64,000 bases of DNA from an uncultured Acidobacteriota bacterium. Its GTDB lineage: Bacteria; Acidobacteriota; Terriglobia; Terriglobales; Acidobacteriaceae. The notes beneath the pieces were generated by a model. That model worked only from the letters and a program-made list of their open reading frames with translations. It made no database searches and was not told the DNA's origin. The position numbers and the translations under genes were made by a program. Below, piece by piece: positions 19,360 through 29,010 of the stretch. The stretch lies in contig CAWIFC010000003.1 of the NCBI GenBank assembly GCA_963835275.1, forward strand, positions 10,202 through 74,201, in the 5' to 3' direction. The number at the start of each line of letters is the position of its first letter. The stretch's first letter is position 1.

Positions 19360-19815
19360 ATGAAAAAATTCATCCTCTTGTTCGCGCTCGCCGCGGCACT
19401 TACCTGCGCCGGAACATCCGGAACAGCCGCCATGGCACAGTCTGCCCCGTCCGGCCAGCCCTTCACGGTCGAGTATTACTACAAAGCAAAGTGGGGGCAC
19501 GCCGATGAGTTCCTCCGCCTGTTCAAGAAGAACCACTACCCGCTGCTCAAGAAAGAAGTCGAGATGGGCCGCATGCTCAAAGTGTGGATGGACCAGCCCC
19601 GCTACCACACGACCGAAGACGGCCGCTGGGACTATCGCGTGACCATCGTATTCAAGAATGCCACTGTCGCCAACGAGCCCTTCGACGAAGATGCGCTCAA
19701 GAAGCAACTATTCCCCGACAAGGAAACCTACGAACGCGAAGAGCAACAGCGTTTCGAAATCCTCGACGCGCACTGGGATTTGCCGGTAAAGACCGTCGAC
19801 CTGGAAGGGAAGTAA
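19360..19815 (+). CDS. secreted hypothetical protein
   Basis: AAGGAGAA RBS and signal peptide MKKFILLFALAAALTCAG. I do not recognise the family. Confidence 0.65.
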   Translation: MKKFILLFALAAALTCAGTSGTAAMAQSAPSGQPFTVEYYYKAKWGHADEFLRLFKKNHYPLLKKEVEMGRMLKVWMDQPRYHTTEDGRWDYRVTIVFKNATVANEPFDEDALKKQLFPDKETYEREEQQRFEILDAHWDLPVKTVDLEGK

Positions 19816-19956
19816 GATCACGAATCAGGCCGAGCGAGGCTCGCCTGTCTTGTCCTTAGCCGTAGTAAGCGCTCGTTCTGTGAAATAGCGCTTCTCCGTT
19901 CGTGCGCAGAGTTTTGCAACTACACCCTGCAGATCCGTGCCGTTCCTCGATTCTGC

Positions 19957-19984
19957 TTGACACCTCGCGCGACCGGTGTAATAT
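19957..19984 (+). promoter_or_regulatory. near-consensus sigma70-type promoter TTGACA-N16-TAATAT
   Basis: TTGACA at 19957..19962 and TAATAT at 19979..19984. It lies about 255 nt upstream of the CDS at 20243. Confidence 0.5.
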
Positions 19985-20242
19985 TCATCAAGTTTTTCTT
20001 GCGTTTGAACGCCGTGCTCCCTGCAAGTTCAGCGCTGGCTCCAGTCCGGGATGAGACCCAGGTTTTGTGATCCTCATTTCTGGCCCGGTAATTCAAATCT
20101 AGTAGCTCGTGAACTTCCAACCCCGGAGGGGAGCGTTGACTGGAACCGTTTGCGCTGTATGCAGCCTGACAGAACTGGTCATTTCCATCTTCGGATTACG
20201 CACTGAATTCGCTTCCCCATCAAAAACCCTAAGGAGATCATC

Positions 20243-20950
20243 GTGAGAGTAAGAAATGCAATTCTGCGAGCCCTGGTTTGCCTCGCGGTCATGGCGCTGG
20301 CAGTGAGTGCCGTGGCTGCTGATCGAAGCAATTACACCATCATCGGCAGAAGTGTGGTGGTGAAACACCCAGCCAAAGTAATTACGCCCAACGTTTGGAA
20401 AAATGATCCTGCGCTCACCGCCATCGCCGGCAACCTGAGCGATTTCCCGTACGGAGTCTTCTTTGCTCTGTACAACTATTACGTGACGGGATCGAACAAC
20501 ACGATCGGCGTGCCTGAGTACTGGCAAGGAGTCCCGTTCACCCCTTCCGCCAACTTCAAGGTAATGGAGGTTGATGCCGCCGTCGTGTGGGCGGAAGGGA
20601 CAAACGAAGTTGTTTTAAGTCTCTACAACGATGCCAATGGTTTGCCCGGCAAAGCCATTCACACTTGGCACGTGAAGAACCTGGCCAATTTCGGGAGTTG
20701 CTGCCAACTCGCCGTCGGGAAAAGTAAGACGGGTGTAAGCATCACCAAAGGGCAGCAGTACTGGCTGGTTGCCAAGACCGATTCGACGAATAGCGACGTT
20801 TTCGACGGATGGGACCTCAACACCACGGATATGAGATCGCACCCGCTTGCCAGCTATTGCAGCGGAACCGTTACGCAATGTGGTAGCAACAACAATAAAT
20901 GGTTCGCCGGCAGTGCAATATTGCCCGGCTTCGAGGTGCAGGGACAATAG
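20243..20950 (+). CDS. secreted hypothetical protein
   Basis: GTG start 6 nt after AAGGAG. Signal peptide ...LVCLAVMALAVSAVAA. Confidence 0.65.
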   Translation: MRVRNAILRALVCLAVMALAVSAVAADRSNYTIIGRSVVVKHPAKVITPNVWKNDPALTAIAGNLSDFPYGVFFALYNYYVTGSNNTIGVPEYWQGVPFTPSANFKVMEVDAAVVWAEGTNEVVLSLYNDANGLPGKAIHTWHVKNLANFGSCCQLAVGKSKTGVSITKGQQYWLVAKTDSTNSDVFDGWDLNTTDMRSHPLASYCSGTVTQCGSNNNKWFAGSAILPGFEVQGQ

Positions 20951-21171
20951 CCTCGCGATTCGCATCATGAGGCAGCGGTGTCGAAGGGGTCCGCCGGGCG
21001 GGATCCGAAAGGAAGGCTCGCCGGACCCGCCGCGGCGTCGACAAGAATCCCCCACGTACAACAGACCTACCGTCGGCGACCCTTCGACTTGGAAAGCGAA
21101 ACCCTGACAACCAAGCGCAACCACGGCTGAGGAGTCGGCTATAATTCGGTGGCTGCAACAGGGACCGTACA

Positions 21172-21687
21172 ATGACATCGCAAACCTATCGACTTCTGAA
21201 AGCTTACGCCGCGGCTTGGTTAGGCGCCCTCGTTGTGCTCGCAGGACTGCAAGTTCAGGCTCAGACCCAAACCCAAACACAAAGCACAGTTGCAAACTCT
21301 GTTGGAAGCACCAGTGCAGGACTCGTCGGACAGTTGACCAAGGGACTTTCTATTACGCCCACGCAGGCTCGCGGCGGCGCAGGCTCCCTTTTCGCCTTGG
21401 CCAAAAGTCGGCTGAGCGCAGACGAGTTCAGCAAGGTATCGGCTTCCGTACCCGGCATGAATGGCTTGCTGAAGGCGGCTCCCGCGATGACCGGGAACTC
21501 TGAGTTTTCTGGCCTCGAAAGTTCCCTGCCCGGCAGTATGGGCCGCACAGTCGAAGTTGCAGAAGCTTTCCACAAACTGGGCCTGTCCCCGGAGATGGCC
21601 AGCAAGTTCGTGCCGGTGATGACCAAGTATGTGGAAGTCAGAGGAGGCCTGAGCACCGCCTCTTTACTGGAAAAAGCACTGAAGTAG
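21172..21687 (+). CDS. DUF2780 (VcgC/VcgE-like) family secreted protein
   Basis: The signal peptide is followed by LVGQLTKGLSITPTQARGGAGSLFALAKSRLSADEFSKV...FHKLGLSPEMASKFVPVMTKYV, which is the DUF2780 pattern as I recall it. Confidence 0.55.
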   Translation: MTSQTYRLLKAYAAAWLGALVVLAGLQVQAQTQTQTQSTVANSVGSTSAGLVGQLTKGLSITPTQARGGAGSLFALAKSRLSADEFSKVSASVPGMNGLLKAAPAMTGNSEFSGLESSLPGSMGRTVEVAEAFHKLGLSPEMASKFVPVMTKYVEVRGGLSTASLLEKALK

Positions 21688-21926
21688 TCGAGGTTGGACG
21701 TCTGCTAGCTTTGTAGTTTTGGGCTGCAAGGTCACTCTGCTTCGATACTCTACCGATTCGGACGATGGACCGCGCTTGATCGGATCGGCCCAAAGAAGTG
21801 CCGGAACCTGCCATTGGGCTGACCATCTACGCATTTGGCCGGTCAACTCGTTGCAAAGTAGTCCGCAATACGAGAACATACCTGTTTACCTATCATCAAG
21901 AATTCTAATAAGGAAGCCTCCACACG

Positions 21927-23288
21927 ATGGCGACTCGGCAGAAGTCCGCAAAAACTGAAACCAGGAAACACAACGGCAGCGAGATCCAACCTCCCAAGGG
22001 CAAGCTCGGCGTCATGATCCCCGGCATGGGCGCGGTCGCCACAACTTTTGTGGCTGGCGTGGAAGCCGTTCGCAAAGGAATCGCCAAGCCCATCGGCTCC
22101 CTCACCCAGATGGGAACGATTCGCCTGGGCAAGCGCACCGATGCGCGCTCGCCCAAGATCAAGGAATTCGTGCCCTTGGCCGGGCTCGACGATCTGGTCT
22201 TCACCGGCTGGGATATTTTTGAAGACGACATGTACACCGCCGCCAAGAAGGCTGGAGTTCTCGATCGCGAATTGCTTGACCACGTCAAGCCGTTCCTGTC
22301 CTCCATCACCCCGCGTAAAGCCGTTTTTGATCATAACTACGTAAAGAAAATTGACGGGCCCAACATCAAGAAGGGCAAGAACAAGATGGATCTGGCCGAG
22401 CAGTTGCGAGCCGACATCCGCGACTTTAAAAAAACCTCCGGAGCCTCGCGGCTGATCACCATCTGGTGCGGCTCGACAGAAAGTTACATTGAGCCGACGG
22501 CGGCTCATCAATCACTGAAATCGTTCGAAAAAGCACTGACCCAGAATGACGAGAATGTTGCGCCCTCGATGATCTACGCCTACGCCTCGCTGGTGGAAGG
22601 CGTGCCTTTCGCCAACGGCGCCCCGAACTTGACCGTGGACCTTCCCGTAATGCACGAACTGTCGCGCAAGAACGAAGCCCCAATCTGCGGCAAAGATTTC
22701 AAGACCGGACAGACGCTGATCAAGACCATCCTCGCCCCCGGTTTCAAAGCCCGCATGATCGGGCTGAACGGATGGTTCTCCACCAACATTCTCGGCAACC
22801 GCGACGGAGAAGTGCTCGAAGATCCCGGGTCGTTCAAGACCAAAGAAGAGTCCAAACTCTCCGTACTGGAGCACATTCTGCAACCTGAGCTTTATCCTGA
22901 ACTCTACGGCAATTTCACTCACAAGGTTCGCATTAACTATTACCCGCCACGTGGTGATAACAAAGAGGGATGGGACAATATCGACATCTTTGGATGGCTC
23001 GGCTACCCCATGCAAATAAAGGTGGACTTCCTGTGTCGCGATTCCATCCTCGCCGCGCCTATCGTGCTCGATTTGGTGCTATTCATGGACCTCGCGCAAC
23101 GCAGCGCCGAGCTTCGCGGCCTTGGCATTCAGGAGTGGCTGAGCTTCTATTTCAAGTCGCCCATGACCGCCCCCGGGCTCTACCCCGAACACGATCTCTT
23201 CATCCAACTGATGAAGTTGAAAAACACTTTGCGCCATCTGCGTCACGAAGAGCTGATCACCCATTTGGGGTTGGAGTATTACGACTAA
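21927..23288 (+). CDS. ino1: inositol-3-phosphate synthase (myo-inositol-1-phosphate synthase)
   Basis: GVMIPGMGAVATTFVAGVEA, NGAPNL and SILAAPIVLDL fit the bacterial/archaeal MIPS pattern. AAGGAAG RBS. Confidence 0.85.
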   Translation: MATRQKSAKTETRKHNGSEIQPPKGKLGVMIPGMGAVATTFVAGVEAVRKGIAKPIGSLTQMGTIRLGKRTDARSPKIKEFVPLAGLDDLVFTGWDIFEDDMYTAAKKAGVLDRELLDHVKPFLSSITPRKAVFDHNYVKKIDGPNIKKGKNKMDLAEQLRADIRDFKKTSGASRLITIWCGSTESYIEPTAAHQSLKSFEKALTQNDENVAPSMIYAYASLVEGVPFANGAPNLTVDLPVMHELSRKNEAPICGKDFKTGQTLIKTILAPGFKARMIGLNGWFSTNILGNRDGEVLEDPGSFKTKEESKLSVLEHILQPELYPELYGNFTHKVRINYYPPRGDNKEGWDNIDIFGWLGYPMQIKVDFLCRDSILAAPIVLDLVLFMDLAQRSAELRGLGIQEWLSFYFKSPMTAPGLYPEHDLFIQLMKLKNTLRHLRHEELITHLGLEYYD

Positions 23289-23296
23289 GAAGCTCG

Positions 23297-23320
23297 TGTG
23301 GCGCGGGTGCCTCGCCCGCA
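23297..23320. repeat. GC-rich hairpin repeat (copy c)
   Basis: tgtggcgcgggtgcctcgcccgca lies 9 nt after the ino1 stop. Confidence 0.65.
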
Positions 23321-23374
23321 TGGCGCAACGTCGCCGTTTCGAAGCTAAACGAAAAGCTCAGACGCAAAACCTCG

Positions 23375-24295
23375 TCACACGCGAATCCAATTCAACAGAA
23401 TGAGCGTCAGCGAACCAGCGCCCACGATGATCCAGAGACCAAGTCCCTGAAGAAGCGGACGAACACCAACCTGCTTGAGCGCTTCCTTGTTTAAGCCTGT
23501 GCCGATCAAGAACAGCGTTACTGTAAGGCCAATCTTGCCCAAGTGATTAAGAACACCGAAAGTCGGGTTGAATGCCGGCAACAAAGTGTTCAGCAGAGCG
23601 GCAAGACAGAAGAACAGGATAAACCACGGCCACTGAATACGCGCTTTGCTCTTCAGGGTGACAGCAGTCACCAGAGACAGGGGAACGATCCATAGCGCCC
23701 GCGCCAGCTTAATCGTAGTCCCGACAGCCAGCGCCGTCGGCCCGTACTTGGCAGTGGCGCCGACGACGGAACTGGTGTCATGAATGGCCAGCGCCGACCA
23801 CAGACCAAATTGCGTCTGCGTCATGTGAAGCGCATATCCAATCAGAGGAAAGAGAAAAAGTGCCACTGAGTTAAGGATGAAAACAGCTCCCAGCGATACC
23901 CCCATCTCTTCTTCGCTGGCTTCCGCAATCGGGCCTACCGCCGCAATCGCGCTGCCTCCGCAAATGGCGGTACCGGCGCTGATTAAGAATGCAGACTTTC
24001 CTCCGACATGAAGGAGATAGCCGAGTCCGAGGCCCACCAGCATCGCCGTGGTGATGCTGACGGCCGTGTAGAGAAAGCCGGAACGTCCGGCGTGAAGAAC
24101 TTCATGCAGGTTCATGCCAAAGCCCAGGGCAACCACAGAAGCTTGCAGCAGAAATTTCGCCAAACGTTTGCTTTGCACATGAAAAGGATGGGTTGCTGTG
24201 AAGCCGTAGATCAGGCCACCCAGAAGTGCGATCGGCGGCGAAATCAGGCCGCTCGCCGCCAGGAGCAGGGCCACAAAGAATATGTTCTTACTCAT
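23375..24295 (-). CDS. YeiH/UPF0324-family putative sulfate exporter
   Basis: Polytopic membrane protein of about 10 TM segments with the YeiH-like pattern. It is preceded by a LysR gene, as in the E. coli yeiE/yeiH pair. Confidence 0.7.
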   Translation of the reverse strand: MSKNIFFVALLLAASGLISPPIALLGGLIYGFTATHPFHVQSKRLAKFLLQASVVALGFGMNLHEVLHAGRSGFLYTAVSITTAMLVGLGLGYLLHVGGKSAFLISAGTAICGGSAIAAVGPIAEASEEEMGVSLGAVFILNSVALFLFPLIGYALHMTQTQFGLWSALAIHDTSSVVGATAKYGPTALAVGTTIKLARALWIVPLSLVTAVTLKSKARIQWPWFILFFCLAALLNTLLPAFNPTFGVLNHLGKIGLTVTLFLIGTGLNKEALKQVGVRPLLQGLGLWIIVGAGSLTLILLNWIRV

Positions 24296-24352
24296 GTAAG
24301 AAGTGTGCCTTGGACGAAGAACTGGCGTCCAAGCAGTAGTTTTGATGGGCGA

Positions 24353-25321
24353 TTAGTTACGCTTATCGGTTCGAACTCTAGAACGGGATGGCTTTCGCGA
24401 AGCGATGGCGAGAAGCCGGGCTCGCCCCAGCGCGAATGTTCGGAACGCGGCTGCCGGTCCATGCGGTTCCGGGCCGGTCCGCGAGATCAGAGAAAAATCC
24501 CGGGCGACTCTGAGGCCTGCAACCGCGGCAACTTTCAGCGCGCCCAGTTCCAGTTCTTTGGAGATGGCCCAGCGCGAAACGATGCCGATGCCGAGCCCCG
24601 CTTCCACCGCGGACTTGATCGCCTCCGTGGAATCCAGGTTCATCACTTTCTTGAAAGACTTGAGCCTGCAGCCGGCCTTCTCCAGAGCGATCTCGACAAC
24701 GCGGCGAGAGCCAGAACCGTGTTCACGCATAAGAAGATTTGAGGCCATGAGTTGCTCGCGGGATATGTGATCGGATCCGAAAGCGCGCGGCGTGATTAAT
24801 ACCAGCTCGTCTTGCATGAAGGGTTCGGTATGAATGCCGCGGTCGCGTGCTGGTCCCTCGATGAGACCGAGGGATATCTTGTCCTCGAGGAGAAGTTCCA
24901 CGATCTCGCTGGTGTTCCCGCTGTGCAACGAAAACTGGACGCGTGGATGCTCGTCGAGAAAGGCCCCCAGCAGACGCGGGAGAACGTACTGCGCAATCGT
25001 AGTAGAAACGCCCAAGGATAACTCTCCCGAAGCCTTTCCATCGTCCGCACCAAGTTCTTGTTCTACTTCAGAAACGAGTGTTGCGATCTTCTTCGCGTAG
25101 TCGAGCAGAAGTGATCCGTGCGAGGTGAGGGAGACGCGATTGGCAGTGCGATCGAAAAGGCGAAGGCCGAGATCGTCCTCGAGGGCCTTGATCTGAAGCG
25201 TGATGGCGGGCTGGGTGAGGAAAAGATGTTCCGCTGCCTTGCGAAAATTCAGATGTTCCGCAACCGTGCGAAACACCTTGAGGCGAAAGTTTTCCAGCTG
25301 AGCCACATGATGATTATCCAC
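24353..25321 (-). CDS. LysR-family transcriptional regulator
   Basis: N-terminal wHTH LENFRLKVFRTVAEHLNFRKAAEHLFLTQPAITLQIKALE followed by a LysR substrate-binding domain. GTG start. Confidence 0.9.
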   Translation of the reverse strand: MDNHHVAQLENFRLKVFRTVAEHLNFRKAAEHLFLTQPAITLQIKALEDDLGLRLFDRTANRVSLTSHGSLLLDYAKKIATLVSEVEQELGADDGKASGELSLGVSTTIAQYVLPRLLGAFLDEHPRVQFSLHSGNTSEIVELLLEDKISLGLIEGPARDRGIHTEPFMQDELVLITPRAFGSDHISREQLMASNLLMREHGSGSRRVVEIALEKAGCRLKSFKKVMNLDSTEAIKSAVEAGLGIGIVSRWAISKELELGALKVAAVAGLRVARDFSLISRTGPEPHGPAAAFRTFALGRARLLAIASRKPSRSRVRTDKRN

Positions 25322-25349
25322 GGAAACGGCCAGACAAGGGAAACCCTCA

Positions 25350-26639
25350 TCACGCTAGATTCTTTTCCCGCTTATACGAATCGAATTTCTCCAGGAAGCG
25401 GTCGATATCCTTCTTCTGCAAATAGTAAGGAGTCGACAACCGCAACTTCGAAGGCTCGCCACCGCGGATGCGGATCTTGTGCTTCTTCCACAGCCAATCC
25501 TCCAAATCCTTGCGCTCAAGCGGAGGAACGTTGACCGTCGCAATGGCGCAGCGCAAAGCCGGGTCAGGGGAAGTCCACGACTCCGCCCCGCGTTTGATCA
25601 TTGCCGCAAGAATGTAATCACAGAGTTCGCGATGCCGCCGCTCAATCCGATCCATCCCAATCTCATTCGCCAGGTTGATGGCCGCCAGCAATCCCCACAA
25701 CGAAGGCACATTCGACGAGCCAATGCGCTGAAACCGCTCCGCGCGTAACTCAGGTTCGTTCCATCCTTCGGTGGCGATGGTGTTCCAAACCCGGTCGATC
25801 ACTTCGTCGCGTACATACAGGAAGCCCGATCCCTTTGGAGCCTGCAGCCACTTGTGCGGGCTGGAAGAATAAAAGTCGCAACCAATGTCGTGAATGTTCA
25901 GACCCGTCATGCCGATGACGTGAGCCCCGTCCACTGCCGACAAAATATTCTTAGAACGGGCAAGGGCACAAAGCTCCTTCGCCGGAAGCACCACTCCGGT
26001 TGCGGTAGTGATATGGCTGAAAAAGATTACCCGTGTGCGCTCGCCGATCCCGTCGTGAAACAGATTCAAAACCTCGCTCGCTTCCCTCACCGGCTTGGGC
26101 AGGGCGACTTTCTTGATCACGATCCCATAACGCTTCGCCTTCAGTTGCCAGGGCTGTTCCCCGCCGGGATGTTCCTGGTCCGTCATCAGTACTTCATCGC
26201 CCGGCTTCAAATCGATTCCGTTAGCGACATAGCTGTTGGCCTCGGTGGCATTGCGAACCAGCGCAATCTCATCCCGCGTACAGCCCACGAACTTCGCCAA
26301 GGGATCGCGAAACTGGTTCCAGGCAGCATAGCCCCAGATCGGATAATCTTCCGGATCTTCCTGGTCCAACCTTTCGGTTCGGGTGTACCCGTCAAAAACG
26401 GCGCGCAGGACAGGCGCGGGGCTCGACCCTACAGTCCCGTTGTTCAAATAGACTTCGTCAGCAGGAATGAGAAATTGCTTGCGAAGTTCAGCCCAGTAAG
26501 CCTCCGGCTCTTGGCTGTAAAGAGCAGTATCGGGAAGCGCCGACGGGGCGGCCTTAAGCTGGGCGAGTAAGCCACGCGGCAGCGCCGAAGCGGCAGCAAG
26601 CCCCGAGGTAGTACTGAGGAAGCGTCGGCGATCGAGCAA
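25350..26639 (-). CDS. class-V aminotransferase-fold PLP enzyme with twin-arginine signal peptide
   Basis: TTG start 4 nt after AGGAGG. The Tat motif is MLDRRRFLSTTSGLAAASAL. The PLP-lysine context is SSSPHKWLQAPKGSG. Confidence 0.8.
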   Translation of the reverse strand: MLDRRRFLSTTSGLAAASALPRGLLAQLKAAPSALPDTALYSQEPEAYWAELRKQFLIPADEVYLNNGTVGSSPAPVLRAVFDGYTRTERLDQEDPEDYPIWGYAAWNQFRDPLAKFVGCTRDEIALVRNATEANSYVANGIDLKPGDEVLMTDQEHPGGEQPWQLKAKRYGIVIKKVALPKPVREASEVLNLFHDGIGERTRVIFFSHITTATGVVLPAKELCALARSKNILSAVDGAHVIGMTGLNIHDIGCDFYSSSPHKWLQAPKGSGFLYVRDEVIDRVWNTIATEGWNEPELRAERFQRIGSSNVPSLWGLLAAINLANEIGMDRIERRHRELCDYILAAMIKRGAESWTSPDPALRCAIATVNVPPLERKDLEDWLWKKHKIRIRGGEPSKLRLSTPYYLQKKDIDRFLEKFDSYKREKNLA

Positions 26640-26780
26640 AAAGCCTCCTGACTACAACGAAGCGTTATGTTACGGCCGGGATGTAAGCAACGCAAGCTGC
26701 CCAAGGTCCATGTCGTATCGTGGTGTTGAAATGGGCAGGCTATACTAAGCTTTGCCGAGCCACAGCTCGACGGAGAAGGC

Positions 26781-27017
26781 ATGTCCAGTCTGAAAGAATT
26801 CCAATGCGAAATTTGCGGCATCGTCAGTGACAATCCGATCCATTGGTTTGTCATCGAGTGCGGAGATCAGAAGCTCGCGGTCATCAAGTGGGATCTGGCA
26901 GCCGCCAACAGCCCCAGCGCCCGGCATTTCTGCGGCGAAGCCCACGCCCAGGTCTACATCAGCCGCTGGTTTGAGTCCATTTGCGTGCCGCCGAAATCCG
27001 TCTCGAAAGCTTCCTAG
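26781..27017 (+). CDS. small Cys-containing hypothetical protein (78 aa)
   Basis: GGAGAAGGC RBS. FQCEICG...HFCGEAH suggests a zinc-ribbon-like fold. Confidence 0.5.
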   Translation: MSSLKEFQCEICGIVSDNPIHWFVIECGDQKLAVIKWDLAAANSPSARHFCGEAHAQVYISRWFESICVPPKSVSKAS

Positions 27018-27345
27018 GCAGGAGGTAGCTCTTGCTGTCTTGGGACGGCCTCCGCGAGCTTGCCCGAAGCGGAAGTCGAGGGGGCCAGGAGCAGAGCTCC
27101 GCGGCGCCCTTGAGTGGGGGCAGAGTGTGTCGCCCAGTCTCGCCAAGGTCATGCCACGAGTGAAGGAGTCTGGGTTTCCTCGAAAGCCGCTACGTACGAA
27201 ACTCCTTGGCCAGCTCAACTACCCCGGATAACCTTCCAGCCCAATCCTGCGTCGAACTTCATAGGGATTTCCCTGAGACCGTATATTGTGTCCGGGGGTA
27301 TAATCTGGATAGAGACCGCTCGGGGCGGAAAAACGGAGTTTGGCT

Positions 27346-28509
27346 ATGAAGTTTCGACTCTTGCTGTTAACGGCTGCGTTCTTCACCTTCAGCAATCTAA
27401 CCTTTGCGCAGACCACAACTCCCGGCAGCCAACCGGTTCCTGGGGGCGCGCCGACTGCCCCGGTTCCGACCGATCCCGGGGTTTCCGGCACCGTGCCTCA
27501 GGCTGGTTCGAGCAGCTCCAGCACCCAGAACACTCCCGCCCCGGCTGAGCCTGCCGATCCCGACAAAGTCAAGCATGACGGCGGCAAGAACGACGTCGAT
27601 GCCATCGGCAACCGCAAGATGGGCGGCCGCGGCCTCGGTAACTGGTATTCGATCGAGAGCGACATCAAGATGGGTAAACAATACGCCCAGATGGTCGACG
27701 CCAGTTCGAAGATGGTCAGCGACCCGATTGTCACCGAATACGTCAATCGCCTGGGACAGAACCTGGTTCGCAACTCCGACGCCCAGGTTCCCTTTGTGTT
27801 CAAGATCATTGACTCAGACGTGGTCAACGCTATGTCGCTTCCAGGCGGCTTCGTCTACGTGGACAGCGCAACGATTCTCGCGGCCGACGGCGAAGCCGAA
27901 CTGGCCGGCGTGATGGCGCACGAAATTGCCCACGTCTGCGCCCGCCATGCCACCCGGCAAATGACCCGCGCCCAATACGCCAACTTTGCCACCATCCCCC
28001 TAATCTTTGTAGGCGGCGGCATCGGTTATGCGGCTTACCAGGCGGCAGGACTGGCTATTCCTGTTACCATGCTGAGCTTCCAGCGCGGCTTCGAGGCAGA
28101 AGCAGACTACCTCGGTTTGCAATATATGTATAAGGCGGGATACGATCCGCAAGCCTTCGTCGCCTTCTTCGAGAAACTTCAGGCCCTGGAAAAGAAGAAG
28201 CCGGGAACCCTGGCCAAGACCTTCGCCTCGCATCCGCAGACGCCGGACCGCATCGCCCAGTCCCAGGACGAGATTGAGAAGATCCTGCCCGCCCGACCGG
28301 AATACACCGTGACCACATCGGAATTCGATGATGTCAAGGGTCGTTTGGCCGCTCTCGAAAACCGGCGCAAGCCAGCGCTCGATAATAAGGACAGCAGCAA
28401 ACCCAGTCTGCGGCGCGCCTCGACCAGCAACGGTACCGGCAGCGATGGGTCGTCGGCGCCGGACGACGATCATCCCACGCTGAAGCGCCGGGACGACACT
28501 AGCAACTAA
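27346..28509 (+). CDS. M48-family zinc metallopeptidase, secreted
   Basis: Signal peptide MKFRLLLLTAAFFTFSNLTFAQ, HEIAHV (HExxH) and a downstream EAEADYLG. The start is set at ATG 27346 with GGAG upstream. Confidence 0.85.
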   Translation: MKFRLLLLTAAFFTFSNLTFAQTTTPGSQPVPGGAPTAPVPTDPGVSGTVPQAGSSSSSTQNTPAPAEPADPDKVKHDGGKNDVDAIGNRKMGGRGLGNWYSIESDIKMGKQYAQMVDASSKMVSDPIVTEYVNRLGQNLVRNSDAQVPFVFKIIDSDVVNAMSLPGGFVYVDSATILAADGEAELAGVMAHEIAHVCARHATRQMTRAQYANFATIPLIFVGGGIGYAAYQAAGLAIPVTMLSFQRGFEAEADYLGLQYMYKAGYDPQAFVAFFEKLQALEKKKPGTLAKTFASHPQTPDRIAQSQDEIEKILPARPEYTVTTSEFDDVKGRLAALENRRKPALDNKDSSKPSLRRASTSNGTGSDGSSAPDDDHPTLKRRDDTSN

Positions 28510-28560
28510 GTTATCGAGGGCAGGCGTCTCCCGCCGGTCCGCCACGTGATGAACCGAATA

Positions 28561-28590
28561 CCCGCGGCTCCGTCCGCGGGTTTTGTTTTG
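28561..28590 (+). terminator. rho-independent terminator of the M48 gene
   Basis: cccgcgg ctccgt ccgcggg is followed by ttttgttttg. Confidence 0.7.
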
Positions 28591-28600
28591 CACCTGATGC

Positions 28601-28606
28601 TAGAAT
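28601..28606 (+). promoter_or_regulatory. -10-like TAGAAT placed 6 nt before GTG 28613 (possible leaderless start)
   Basis: ctgatgcTAGAATcggcccGTG. There is no SD sequence between the hexamer and the start codon. Confidence 0.3.
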
Positions 28607-28612
28607 CGGCCC

Positions 28613-28921
28613 GTGAGGACGGACATCCTGCCGTTGTGCGACAAGCACTATAGGACCATGGAATTCCTGCTTGCCCCTTTCAACGTCAACTACGCGGTCG
28701 AATTTTTCCGCTGTACCGACAAGTTCTGCCAGCGTTGCTTCAGCGAATCCCTGGGCTACGCGACCCCGAGAAGGGACGAGGCGCCCATCGTCTCCAGCGA
28801 TCAGCCCCGCTGCGAAAAGCATGGGCGGCCGATGTTCATCGCCAGCCTGGACCGGCAACACAATATTCTCCGTTATGCCTGTCCCGAGCAGGGTTGTCCA
28901 GAGAAGGTATTGAAAGGGTGA
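28613..28921 (+). CDS. Cys-rich hypothetical protein with duplicated CxKH...CxxC module
   Basis: LCDKHY...FRCTDKFCQRCF and RCEKHG...YACPEQGCPEKV are the two halves. GTG start. Confidence 0.5.
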   Translation: MRTDILPLCDKHYRTMEFLLAPFNVNYAVEFFRCTDKFCQRCFSESLGYATPRRDEAPIVSSDQPRCEKHGRPMFIASLDRQHNILRYACPEQGCPEKVLKG

Positions 28922-29010
28922 GGTGCGCGCGGGATGGCACCGACCATTCTTCCTCATTCGCGAGTGCGCGACCATCCTTCGCGCTCCGCGAGCAATGCGG
29001 GGCTAAGAGA

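Noticed and set aside
21256-21285. The (ACCCAA)n microsatellite encoding QTQTQTQ.
   Set aside because: It is very short, about 3 units, and lies in frame at the signal-peptide cleavage region of the DUF2780 protein. It is noted only as a potential slippage site.
20615-21295. 226-aa minus-strand ORF spanning a gene end, a spacer and the next gene's start.
   Set aside because: It overlaps two + strand genes that have signal peptides and RBSs, and it has an R/G/P-rich composition.
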